Source of the DNA: Haliotis rufescens
Lineage: Eukaryota
Length of the DNA: 64,000 nucleotides
NCBI RefSeq assembly: GCF_023055435.1
Contig: NW_025964372.1
Coordinates: 48,484,001-48,548,000, forward strand
Reading direction: 5' to 3'
The translations under genes and the position numbers were made by a program. The notes below the pieces were generated by a model. It saw only the letters and a program-made list of their open reading frames with translations, did not search any database and was not told where the DNA came from. Shown here piece by piece: positions 52,701 to 64,000 of the stretch (position 1 is the first letter of the stretch; every line of letters starts with the position of its first letter).

Positions 52701-53730
52701 ATGCATGAGTCACTGGGGTGCATGAGTGACCAGGATGCGTGAGTGACTGGGGTGCAAGAGTGACTGGGGTGCATGAGTGACGGGGATATATGAGTGACCG
52801 GAATGCAAAAGTGACTTTGGTAAATGAGTGACCAGGATACATGAGTGACCGGGATATATGAGTGACCAGGATGCGTGAGTGACCGGGGTGCAAGAGTGAC
52901 TGGGATGCGTGAGTGACTTGGATACATGAGTGACCGGGATGCACGATTGACCAGGGTGCAAGAGTGACTGGGATGCATGAGTGACCGGGATACATGAGTG
53001 ACCGGGATGCGTGAGTGACCGGGGTGCAAGAGTGACCGGGATGCGTGAGTGACTCTGATACATGAGTGACCGGGATACATGAGTGACCGGGATGCGTGAG
53101 TGACCGGGGTGCAAGAGTGACCGGGATGCGTGAGTGACTGGGATACATGAGTTACCGGGATGCATGAGTGACTGGGGTGCAAGAGTGACTGGGGTGCATG
53201 AGTGACGGGGATACATTAGTGACCGGGGTGCAAGAGTGACTGGGGTGCATGAGTGACGGGGATACATGAGTGACCGGGGTGCAAAAGTGACTTTGGTAAA
53301 TAAGTGACCGGGATACATGAGTGACCGGGATACATGAGTGACCGGGGTGCAAAAGTGACTTTGGTAAATGAGTGACCGGGATGCGTGAGTGACATGGGTG
53401 CATGAGTGACCTGTTTGCATGAGTGACCGGTGTGCAAGAGTGACCAGGGTTCAAGAGTGACCGGGGTGCAAGAGTGACCAGGGTTCAAGAGTGACCGGGG
53501 TGCAAGAGTGACTGGGGTGCAAGAGTGACCGGGGTGCAAGAGTGACCGGGGTGCAAGAGTGACCGGGGTGCAAGAGTGACCGGGGTGCAAGAGTGACCGG
53601 GGTGCAAGAGTGACCGGGGTGCAAGAGTGACTGGGGTGCAAGAGTGACCGGGGTGCAAGAGTGACTGGGGTGCATGAGTGACCAGGATGCAAGAGTGACC
53701 TGGGTGCAGGAGTGACTGATGTACAAGAGT
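46744..53730. repeat. 17-bp minisatellite, ~7 kb (~410 units)
   Basis: GAGTGACCGGGATGCAT and variants. Confidence 0.98.
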
Positions 53731-53967
53731 AAGGGGGAGTTTTCACGAACGAATGTGTGTGTGCATCAAAGCGTAAGGTCATGAGTGAGTGTAAATAAAC
53801 GTTACAAAGTCTCAGTTTTATCAATAGGTTTTAAACTTTTATCGACGAGTGGTGATATATTTGATATCTAGAGAAACGATCAAGGGTTAAATTCTATTTA
53901 TAATCCGAAGTCATTCTTCCAACCTTTTCAGTTTGTAAACAGTAACAACCAGTATCTTGAGTGTAAA

Positions 53968-54145
53968 GGGGCGGTCGGGTAGCCTTGTGGTTAAAGCGTT
54001 CGCTCGACACGCCGAAGACCCGGGTTCGATTCCCGACATGGGTAAAATGTGTGAAGCCCATTTCTGTTGTCCCCCGCCGTGATATTGCTGGAATATTGCG
54101 GAAAACGGCGTAAAACCATACTCACTCACTCACTCACTCACTCAC
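53968..54145 (+). mobile_element. SINE family A
   Basis: TSD CTTGAGTGTAAA. Confidence 0.9.
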
Positions 54146-54446
54146 TTGAGTGTAAAAGATACAGCTAACAAGCTTCAGCGGCAGATAGATCAGTGATATC
54201 TTTGTGATGAAATTGCATGGCAGCGATATCTTAACGGGTACAGTTGGGGATGACAAATAGAGTTAAGCGATCGACCAGCTGGAGGTAAGAGCCGACCAAA
54301 CTGGTCGGGTGGTCAGGTGCTCTGATTTGGTTGAGTGTGTGGCCTCGATCACTGGATTGTCTGGTCGATCATTTACAGGCCGCCACCATAAAGCCGAAAT
54401 ATTGCCGAGTGCAATAAACAAAGAAACAAAAGTTATGCACGAAATG

Positions 54447-54452
54447 TTTATT
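54447..54452 (-). terminator. Probable poly(A) signal of the EF-hand gene
   Basis: AATAAA on the minus strand about 37 nt after TGA. Confidence 0.5.
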
Positions 54453-54488
54453 GTTGGTACATGTGCGCTTCGTGTATTATCCGCGTCG

Positions 54489-57400
54489 TCACAGAGAGGT
54501 CAACTTTACCCACTGGACGACAAACTCTGCCTCGTCTACGACACCGTCGCCTGTGGAGAAACATAACTAAATCATCAACAGACATCATCTCTTTAAAACG
54601 GTAGCTCACCTATAAGGGTAACGCTATTTTTCTGGGCATTATCTATTGCAGCAGTCAGAGTTTTGCTTCTGCAAATGATAATGCCCTGAAAAATAGCGGT
54701 ACCGTCATTAAAGCTAAAATGGATGGAATTTGTTTTCAAATAAAAAGAAACAATATCGGTTTTGAAACATTTACTGCAATCAACACGAATGCCACTGACC
54801 CACTTTTACAAATATGGAAATGTCATAGAACAAACCAGATGACGTCACTATTGAACGTGACGTCACCTAACATCGGGCGTGATAATGGCCCGTCGTCAAG
54901 AAATATGAGGGCATTATCAAGTTACAATGACCCGCTCATTTTTATAACATGTGGGCGGTTTAATGATAATTCTATCCCTTACAGCTATAATACATATTAT
55001 ACAACATATAACCAGGAATAACTCACTGACATAATACAAAACGTGAATGCCCGAGAATAATCAGCCTCGATTATCTGTCTACACAGATTCCATTGGGCGT
55101 AAAAGGCAAAATTAAATGAATGGATCAATGAAATTCAGTGATGACACCAGTAGACTACACGTGTTGCTCTACCGGTAGCACATGTCACTCGAAGATCCGG
55201 GGTAGAATAGGTCTTCAGCAACCCATGTTTGCCGTAAAAGGCAACTATGCTTGTCGTAAGAGGCGACTAACAGGATCGGGTGGTCAGGCTCGCTGACTTG
55301 GTTGATACATGTCATCGTATCCTAATTGCGTGGATCAATACTCATGATATCAATTACTTGATTGTCTGGTCCAGACTTGATTATTTACAGACCGCCGTCA
55401 TATATCTGTAATATTGCTGAGTGCGGCTTTAAACAACAAACAAACCAAACCAAACATGTCACTCGCACTCGTTTGTTTAACACTGCACCCAGCATTATTC
55501 GCTGGTCTGTAAATAATCGAGTCTGGACCAAACAATGCAGTGACACGATACAGCTATAAATGTTTTGTATATTATACAACCATTATTTTACATCTTCATT
55601 TTTACTTATTAACTTTAGACTAGGCATGAATAAAGTCCTCGGTCTGTGACAACTAACGACAGCCCCCTGTGAAGATCTGGGTTAGACTTTGTTTTCAGCT
55701 ATGCACGCTTATCGTGAAAGGCGACAAACGGGATTTGGTTGGTCAGGTTTGCTGACTTGGTTGATATATGTCATCATATCCCAACTGCGTAGACCGATGC
55801 TCATGATGTCATGTAGTGAATTGTCTGGCCCAGACTTCATTATTTACAGCCCGCTGTCATACAGCTGAAATATTGCTGAGTGCGGCGTTAAACAACAAAC
55901 ACACCAGAGGCCGACAGTTCTGGTCATAGGGGTCATCTTGGGTCCAGCTGCTTCTTGAAGTCAGATAGCAGATCATAAATCATTTTTCATGTTACAGACG
56001 TCTAGGTTGAAACACTGTTGTGAAGCTGTTTGTGAAACCATCAGGAAAATATGTCATAAAAAGATGTAAACCAAACGATAATATAACACATTGTTATCGT
56101 TGGATTAATTTAAGTGAGTGAGTTTGAGTTTTAACGCCGCGCAGTATTCCAGTGACATCACGGTATGTTAGTTTGACCCTGAAGGAAAACCGAAGTGATG
56201 CAGGTCTTTGGCCACTTTGGTAAAACCCTAGTCCACGTACAAGAGGGAAACAGTTAGTGGTAGCTGTGAGGAGGTATCCATGTCTGTGAGACGTACAAGT
56301 GGGAAACAGTTAGTGGTTACTGTAAGGAGGTATCCATGTCTGTGAGTGGTACGACAGGGAAACAGTTAGTGGTAACTGTGAGGAGGTATCCATGTCTGTG
56401 AGACGTACAAGTGGGAAACAGTTAGTGGTAGCTGTGAGGAGGTATCCATGTCTGTGAGACGTACAAGAGGGAAACAGTTAGTGGTAGCTGTGAGGAGGTA
56501 TCCATGTCTGTGAGACGTACAAGTGGGAAACAGTTTGTGGTAGCTTTGAGGAGGTATCCATGTCTGTGAGACGTACAAGTGGGAAACAGTTTGTGGTAAC
56601 TGTGAGGAGGTATCCATGTCTGTGAGACGTACAAGTGGGAAACAGTTAGTGGTAGCTGTGAGGAGGTATCCATGTCTGTGAGACGTACAAGTGGGAAACA
56701 GTTAGTGGTAGCTGTGAGGAGGTATCCATGTCTGTGAGACGTACAAGAGGGAAACAGTTAGTGGTAACTGTGAGGAGGTATCCATGTCTGTGAGACGTAC
56801 AAGTGGGAAACAGTTAGTGGTTACTGTGAGGAGGTATCCATGTCTGTGAGACGTACAAGTGGGAAACATTCAGTGGTTACTGTGAGGAGGTATCCATGTC
56901 TGTGAGACGTACAAGAGGGAAACAGTCAGTGGTTACTGTGAGGAGGTATCCATGTCTGTGAGACGTACAAGTGGGAAACAGTTAGTGGTAACTGTGAGGA
57001 GGTATCCATGTCTGTGAGACGTACAAGTGGGAAACAGTCAGTGGTTACTGTAAGGAGGTATCCATGTCTGTGAGACGTACAAGTGGGAAACAGTTAGTGG
57101 TAACTGTGAGGAGGTATCCATGTCTGTGAGACGTACAAGAGGGAAACAGTTACTGTGAGGAGGTATCCATGTCTGTGAGACGTACAAGAGGGAAACAGTT
57201 AGTGGTAACTGTGAGGAGGTATCCATGTCTGTGAGACGTACAAGAGGGAAACAGTTAATGGTAGCTGTGAGGAGGTATCCTTGTCTGTGAGACGTACACG
57301 AGGGAAACAGTTTGTGGTAGCTGTGAGGAGGTATCCATGTCTGTGAGACGTACAAGTGGGAAACATTCAGTGGTTACTGTGAGGAGGTATCCATGTCTGT

Positions 57401-60400
57401 GAGACGTACAAGTGGGAAACAGTCAGTGGTTACTGTAAGGGGGTATCCATGTCTGTGAGACGTACAAGTGGGAAACAGTTAGTGGTTACTGTGAGGAGGT
57501 ATCCATGTCTGTGAGACGTACAAGTGGGAAACAGTCAGTGGTTACTGTGAGGAGGTATCCATGTCTGTGAGACGTACAAGTGAGAAACAGTTAGTGGTAA
57601 CTGTGAGGAGGTATCCATGTCTGTGAGACGTACAAGTGGGAAACAGTCAGTGGTTACTGTAAGGAGGTATCCATGTCTGTGAGACGTACAAGTGGGAAAC
57701 AGTTAGTGGTAACTGTGAGGAGGTATCCATGTCTGTGAGACGTACAAGAGGGAAACAGTTAGTGGTAACTGTGAGGAGGTATCCTTGTCTGTGAGACGTA
57801 CAAGAGGGAAACAGTTAGTGGTTACTGTGAGGAGGTATCCATGTCTGTGAGATGTACGAGAGGGAAACAGTTAGTGGTAACTGTGAGGAGGTATCCATGT
57901 CTGTGAGACGTACAAGAGGGAAACAGTTAGTGGTTGCTGTGAGGAGGTATCCATGTCTGTGAGACGTACAAGAGGGAAACAGTTTGTGGTAGCTGTGAGG
58001 AGGTCTCATTCCTATGAGCCGTTCATGGGTTTTGTAATCCTTTCGCCTCACTGCTTAAAATATAAAGCTAATTATACAAACACGAATGTGTTCATGTCCT
58101 GTAATGTATACTCTAGTCTTGTGTATAGTCGCACATGGCTGTCCTTAAACCAGTTTACATTACGCAAGCAAAGGTGGGGTTCACTCATAATTAAATCACT
58201 GGAGTGTGGTATGAAGTTCAGAATATCACACTACATGGTAACAAGTCGGAGACGATATTGAGCGGGTCAAAAGAGATTTTTCTTGTCTTATGTATTCAAT
58301 GAACTTTATGTACAACTACAGTGAACCTTCATAACGAACTCAAAGGGACCACTCGTTATAACCGTAGTTCGTTTTAAGCATATATACAGCATATATACAA
58401 CAAATGGCCGGGACTAAAAATATGTTCGTTATATCGGTCAGTTCGTTATAAGCGTGTTCGTTATAAACGTAGTTTACTGTATGCGCAAACAAAGTCGCGG
58501 TGCCTCTGTACTTGCATATGGTAATTAGTTAGCAGTAATCGAGAATGGTGCATGTAACGTTGATAAAACAAATGTCATCCTTACGTCCTGCGGATAAAAC
58601 CAATGACATCTTAACGTCCTGTGGATATAACCCATGTCATCTTAACGTCCTGCGGTTAAAACCAATGTCATCCTAACTTCCTGTGGATAAAACCCATGTC
58701 ATCTTAACGTCTTGTGAAAATGACACAAGTCACGTGAACATAACACAAGTCTTGTAAATCCCTTTAAATCCCCTATATAGCCTAGAAGGTGAATTGTTGC
58801 TATGAACATTTGTTATTTGTTTTAGTCTGGGTATTACTCCATTATTATATTGACGACGTCATGTTGCGTATCGGGGCAACAGTCGGCAGACTAGAATAAA
58901 CCCTTCCTCTGTGAAGTCTTATGTCTGCTTTATTCTTTTCATTTACTTTTTAAGAGTGAAAATGAATATTCCTTAGATGTGAGGTGACATTGGGTTTAAC
59001 GTCGCGTCCAAGATTATTGCACTTATATAGCGACGTGCATGCACGTGTATGTGTGTGTGTGGCTGCTTGTACTAGTCCGGACTGATGCCGATTTATAGTG
59101 CTAGCTAACTGAGATACCATGCCGCAGTTTAACATGAATACCCCACTCAGACACAGTATACTGACTCCGAGCCGACCAGTCCTTGTTTTAGCCCCTTAAT
59201 GCCGAGCGCCAGACAGGGTAACAACAAGTATCATCTTTTAACGTCTTTTTGTATGACGCGGCCCGGAATCGAACCCTGGACCTTCCGCTCTCCGGGCGGA
59301 CGCTCTACCACAAGACCACGGAGGCGGTCGAATATTCCTTAGAAACATGATACATATCAATTACGATGTATATATTTTCTGTATCAAATCACACATAAAA
59401 AAAAATAAATTCCCCATGAACTCGAGCTCACGGACCGCCTGCTCGGTCCAGTGGATAGGGTACAGCCTCACATGCAGGCACGCACGCACACACGCACACA
59501 CGCACACACGCACACACGCACACAGCCGCGCACGTTGCTTATAAGTGCAATAATCTTAAACGCTAAACCCCAATTCACCTCACCTCATCTCGAGCTCAAG
59601 CATCAAGAGGATGCAACGTAATGGACCCGTCAGTATCTGTATAATGGCCTGTTAATAACAGTTGTCTCGAACTTTGGATAAATCGACTTATATATATTCG
59701 ATGATTTCCCTTGGATACACGTTACTGTGGCTCTAATTCCAGGGCCCACTTGCACAAAGCGATCTTAGCGCTAAGACTCTTGTAAGCCTATGTTAAAGCA
59801 TGGGAGTTACGATCATCTTTGCGCTAAGATCGCTTTGTGCAACTAGGCCCTGGTGTTTGAACTTACCGTTTCTATCAAACATATCGAATATATACTTGAG
59901 ATCGCCGTCAGCGGTGATCCTGTCGTCCTTGTTGACGTCGATCTTGAAGAAGAAGGGGACTGCGTTGACAAGAGAACCAATGTCATTTTGGTACCACGTT
60001 AAGAGAAACTCGTCACTTGTCACCTGACCGTCACCTGATAGAAATACACATGTATTTTGTGTAACCTGACGGTTGATATGAAACTCACACGTGATCTTTA
60101 ATACTCGTATATTTGCAAGATACTTTGTACCATGGATATTGATTGTACCAATTAGATGTCTGGGGCACGGGCGGCCTATTGTCTGTAGCACCTATAGCGT
60201 TGCTATGCAGAGTTGCATCCATTAGGCGTGACAAAATCCTATGAGATTGGGTTCGAATCTGATCGCGATTCTTGGTTTGTCAGAACTATACCCGTAATCG
60301 TTGGTTTCACCAAAGTGGCTAACGTCTGCACCTCCTTGGTGTCACTCACTCACTCACTCACTCACTCACTCACTCACTCACTCCGGAAAAAAGTTGATAA

Positions 60401-62754
60401 TCTACGATCAGTGAATCCTGGCATGGGTAAGGGAGGCAATACTGCAAAGCGATATACAGTGCATTAGACTACTGAGTTACCTGTGCCCACTTAAGTAATA
60501 TGTTTGGATGTAGCAATAAAGTCGATTATTACAAGTCCATCAGGGTACCGTTAATGTCGGAACTATTCAAGAATCTCTTTAAGTCATCCATATCGATGGA
60601 GTTATTTCCCCTTGCAAGTTCCTCGAAAATCCTTCTGGCGTGTTTGCTGTCCACGGCAACCTGATCCATATGGTTCCTGGAAGTGAGACACATACCTGGG
60701 TGAGACACATACCTTGGTGAGACACATACCTTGGTGAGACACATACCTGGGTGAGACACGTACCTGGGTGAGACACATACCTGGGTGAGACACATACCCG
60801 GGTGAGACACGTACCTGGGTGAGACACATACCTGGGTGAGACACATGACCGGGTGAGACACGTACCTGGGTGAGACACATACCTGGGTGAGACACATGAC
60901 CGGGTGAGACACATACCTGGGTGAGACACATACCTGGGTGAGACACATACCTGGGTGAGACACATGCCCGGGTGAGACACGCACCTGGGTGAGACACATA
61001 CCTGGGTGAGACACATGACCGGGTGAGACACGTACTTGGGTGAGACACGTACCTGGGTGAGACACATACCTGGGTGAGACACATACCTGGGTGAGACACG
61101 TACCTGGGTGAGACACATACCTGGGTGAGACACGTACCTGGGTGAGACACATACCTGGGTGAGACACGTACCTGGGTGAGACACATACCTGGGTGAGACA
61201 CATACCTGGGTGAGACACATACTCGGGTGAGACACGTACCTGGGTGAGACACATACCTGGGTGAGAGACATACCCGGGTGAGACACGTACCTGGGTGAGG
61301 CACATACCTGGGTGAGACACATACCTGGGTGAGACACATACCCGGGTGAGACACATACCTGGGTGAGACACATACCTGGGTGAGACACGTACCGGGGTGA
61401 GACACGTACCGGGGTGAGACACGTACCGGGGTGAGACACATACCTGGGTGAGACACATACCTGGGTGAGACACGCAGCTTGGTGAGACACGCACCTGGGT
61501 GAGACACAAGGGGGGGTGGGAGGGGGGGGGGGGGGGGGGGCAGAACGGAGGCAGTCCCTGTTTGCAAAATGAATGTAACAATTTTATAAACAATCCGATA
61601 CATAGTTTTCCTCTATTTTTCTACAGGTTTTCAAACTATCGGGGAACAATGTATGTTGCAAAGAATTATGAATCAATGTTGCATTGTGTTTGTTTGCGAT
61701 TACTAGCCATTACTTATATTGTACTATAAGAACATTGAGACTGCTCCAGCCGTGGGACAAGGATGTGCAATACGCTTGACACAGAATGATTGAGTCAAGA
61801 CACAGTATTCCAGTTACATCAGCGCACGCCAGTTCAATGTGGAGGAAAGACGGGTGTGACGATGTTCTGCTGAACCACGAAGAACACTTACGGTGCAGAT
61901 TAACATGTACTGTACTGTACTAGCCTGTATTAAAGAACACTGTGTCTCGGCCATAGATAAACAGTAAAGAACGTACAGACAATGCAGTGTTAATTTACGA
62001 ATATGGGGTGGATCCCCGGGTCATAGAGCATTATAGCTACTTGTTCGCCCCTAGTGCCAGGCATGACCTGTGGGTAGATTCTCAACACATGCATGTCAGT
62101 GAGCCAGCATCCCTCAAAGGAGACAAATCTGCACGATGTATTGACCATTTTCAAAACAATTCTTGAGGTTGTTACTGGAAACAATGTCCCTATTAATCCA
62201 ACAGATTATTGTATGAAATTATTGTAATAAAACAAAGTGGTGCGTGGTCGACCCGAATAAAACTTGCTATGACTTTCAATTTACCGGAACCTGGCTTCCT
62301 TTTAAGAATTAGGAACATAATAACTGCCTAATACAGCGCAAATACAGCTACCGTAACGAACATAATCGGGGAATTCCGAATGTCAAAGATTAAAGCTGCG
62401 CCATTATATTGTTGTAGATATGCAATCTGGCATCTTCAATCAAATGGGAGTTTGAAAAAAAGAATATTTGTGTGTACCATTTCCGAAACAATTGGTAAAG
62501 AAATGAAGCCCAATTCTTTTAGAAAGCTGATATTTGATTGGCTCAATAATCCACTCGTACTTGATTCAGGTTTCGCTGTGAGATCTCCAGATCGTGATGC
62601 AGGGAGGTGTATCGTATCGGAGTACATTTGTAAGGAGTTTGGTATAACTCACGGATCAAGGTGATGTGTGGGCTGGGTGTTGGGATTCGTCTTGTTCTGT
62701 CTCGGCATGATAAAAGCTGAGGTCGAGACAGTCACCACACAGAGAAGGGACCAG
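54489..62754 (-). CDS. Secreted multi-EF-hand calcium-binding protein (resembles molluscan shell-matrix EF-hand proteins), 5' incomplete
   Basis: Exons 62754-62653 (WSLLCVVTVSTSAF..., signal-peptide end), 60676-60549, 60034-59867, 54550-54489 (stop TGA). Phases 2-2-1-1 are consistent. EF loops DINGDGQVTSDE, DVNKDDRITADGD and DRNGDGVVDEAE. Confidence 0.85.
55190..55900 (+). mobile_element. Two family D copies (55190-55450, 55663-55900) plus a small inverted fragment
   Basis: Sequence similarity to 27018-27290. Confidence 0.8.
56235..58004. repeat. 56-bp minisatellite (~31 units)
   Basis: GTACAAGTGGGAAACAGTTAGTGGTAGCTGTGAGGAGGTATCCATGTCTGTGAGAC. Confidence 0.97.
58319..58479. mobile_element. 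Tc1/pogo-type MITE
   Basis: TA|CAGTGAAC...GTTTACTG|TA with internal TTCGTTATA subterminal repeats. Confidence 0.6.
58562..58718. repeat. 31-bp tandem repeat, ~5 units
   Basis: AACCAATGTCATCTTAACGTCCTGTGGATAA-like. Confidence 0.85.
58978..59329 (-). mobile_element. SINE family B
   Basis: TSD GAATATTCCTTAGA. Older copies at ~25-150, ~12290-12682 and ~40395-40640. Confidence 0.9.
59740..59852. mobile_element. Harbinger-like MITE, copy 3 (inverted)
   Basis: Same element with the core reversed; 15 bp from an EF-hand exon donor. Confidence 0.8.
60683..61508 (-). repeat. 17-bp minisatellite GTATGTGTCTCACCCAG (~48 units)
   Basis: Abuts the acceptor of EF-hand exon 60676. Confidence 0.97.
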
Positions 62755-62834
62755 CTGAAGATCTACAAAAGGGACATTACAAGAACATTATTTTCAGTTC
62801 TTAATGACACAACCGCCATTACCAGAAAAGATAT

Positions 62835-64000
62835 TATCTCTATGTGACAAGAGTGTATCTCTGTGTGACAAGATGGTATCTGTGTGTGACAAGATGGTAT
62901 CTCTATGTGACAAGATGGCATCTCTATGTGACAAGATTGTATCTCTGTGTGACAAGATTGTGTCTCTGTCTGACAAGATGGTTTCTCTATGTGACAAGAT
63001 GGCATCTCTATGTGACAAGCTGGTTTCTCTATGTGGCAAAATGGTATCTCTGTGTAACAAGATGGTATCTCTGTGTGACAAGATGGTTTCTCTGTGTGAC
63101 AAGATGATATCTCTGTGTGACAAGATGGTATCTCTGTGTGACAAGATGGTATCTCTGTGTGACAAGATGGTTTCTCTGTGTGACAAGATGGTATCTCTGT
63201 GTGACAAGATGGTTTCCTGTGTGACAAGCTGGTTTCTCTGTGTGACAAGATGGTATCTATGTGTGACACGATTGTATCTCTGTGTGACAAGCTGGTTTCT
63301 CTGTGTGACAAGATTGTATCTCTATGTGACAAGATGGTATCTCTGTGTGACAAGATGGTATCTCTGTGTTACAAGATGATATCTCTATGTGACAAGATTG
63401 TGTCTCTATGTGACAAGATGATATCTCTATGTGACAAGATGGCATCTCTATGTGACAAGATGATATCTCTGTGTGACAAGATGATATCTCTGTGTGACAA
63501 GATGGTATCTCTGTGTGACAAGATTGTATCTCTGTGTGACAAGATGGTATCTCTGTGTGACAAGCTGGTTTCTCTGTGTGACAAGCTGGTTTCTCTGTGT
63601 GACAAGATGGCATCTCTGTGTGACAAGATGATATCTCTGTGTGACAAGCTGGTTTCTCTGTGTGACAAGATGATATCTCTGTGTGACAAGATTGTATCTC
63701 CGTGTGACAAGATGGTATCTCTGTGTGACAAGATGGTATCTCTATGTTACAACATGATATCTCTATGTGACAAGATTGTTTCTCTATGTGACAAGATGGT
63801 ATCTCTATGTGACAAGATGGTATGTCTGTGTGACAAGATGGTATGTCTGTGTGACAAGATGGTATCTCTATGTGACAAGATGGTATGTCTGTGTGACAAG
63901 ATGATATCTCTATGTGACAAGATGGTATCTCTATGTGACAAGATGGTATCTCTGTGTGATAAGATGGTATCTCTATGTGACAAGATGGTATGTCTGTGTG
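62835..64000. repeat. 21-bp minisatellite running off the window
   Basis: GTGACAAGATGGTATCTCTGT. Confidence 0.97.

Noticed and set aside
46619-53824. Very long minus-strand ORFs (up to 1161 aa, HPGHSCIPVT repeats)
   Set aside because: The 17-bp unit lacks stops on that strand, so all three frames are open with the same periodic peptide; there is no gene structure.
53968-54045. tRNA-like sequences with A/B boxes (also 45597, 39313 and others)
   Set aside because: They are SINE heads: followed by shared bodies and tails, flanked by TSDs, and lacking a proper acceptor stem.
62436-62627. ORF MYSDTIHLP... next to the EF-hand signal-peptide exon
   Set aside because: It lies downstream of a strong |gtgagt donor at 62652, has no recognisable motif, and is treated as intron.
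980-64000. CRISPR-like appearance of the regular arrays
   Set aside because: Units are head-to-tail without unique spacers, there are no cas genes, and the context is eukaryotic introns.

Overview
Eukaryotic animal genomic DNA with several N-gaps. It is most likely a gastropod mollusc, possibly abalone; this is inferred only from the SINE and gene repertoire. Three spliced genes were reconstructed by hand from GT-AG sites and continuous reading phase. (1) The last two exons of a glycoside hydrolase family 1 beta-glucosidase (+, 458-2477). (2) A complete 16-coding-exon, ~890-aa gp130/Domeless-like 'tall' type I cytokine receptor (-, 44432-5443: signal peptide, Ig, cytokine-receptor homology region, 3 FnIII, TM, cytoplasmic tail) with degenerate C-x-W and WSXWS motifs. 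(3) Four exons of a secreted EF-hand protein (-, 62754-54489; its start lies further upstream). Introns and intergenic DNA hold a full-length DD34D mariner, four SINE families (many copies with TSDs), Harbinger/Tc1/piggyBac-type MITEs, Penelope-like and LINE fragments, and about 12 unrelated minisatellite arrays (17-61 bp units, roughly 40% of the window) that produce most long ORF-track entries as artefacts. The most striking signal is that several intronic minisatellites are built from splice signals on the host gene's sense strand: a 26-fold amplified copy of the real 3' splice junction in the GH1 gene, a ~48-unit array of CAG|GTATGT ratchet-like sites next to an EF-hand exon, and a ~31-unit branchpoint-polypyrimidine-CAG array.
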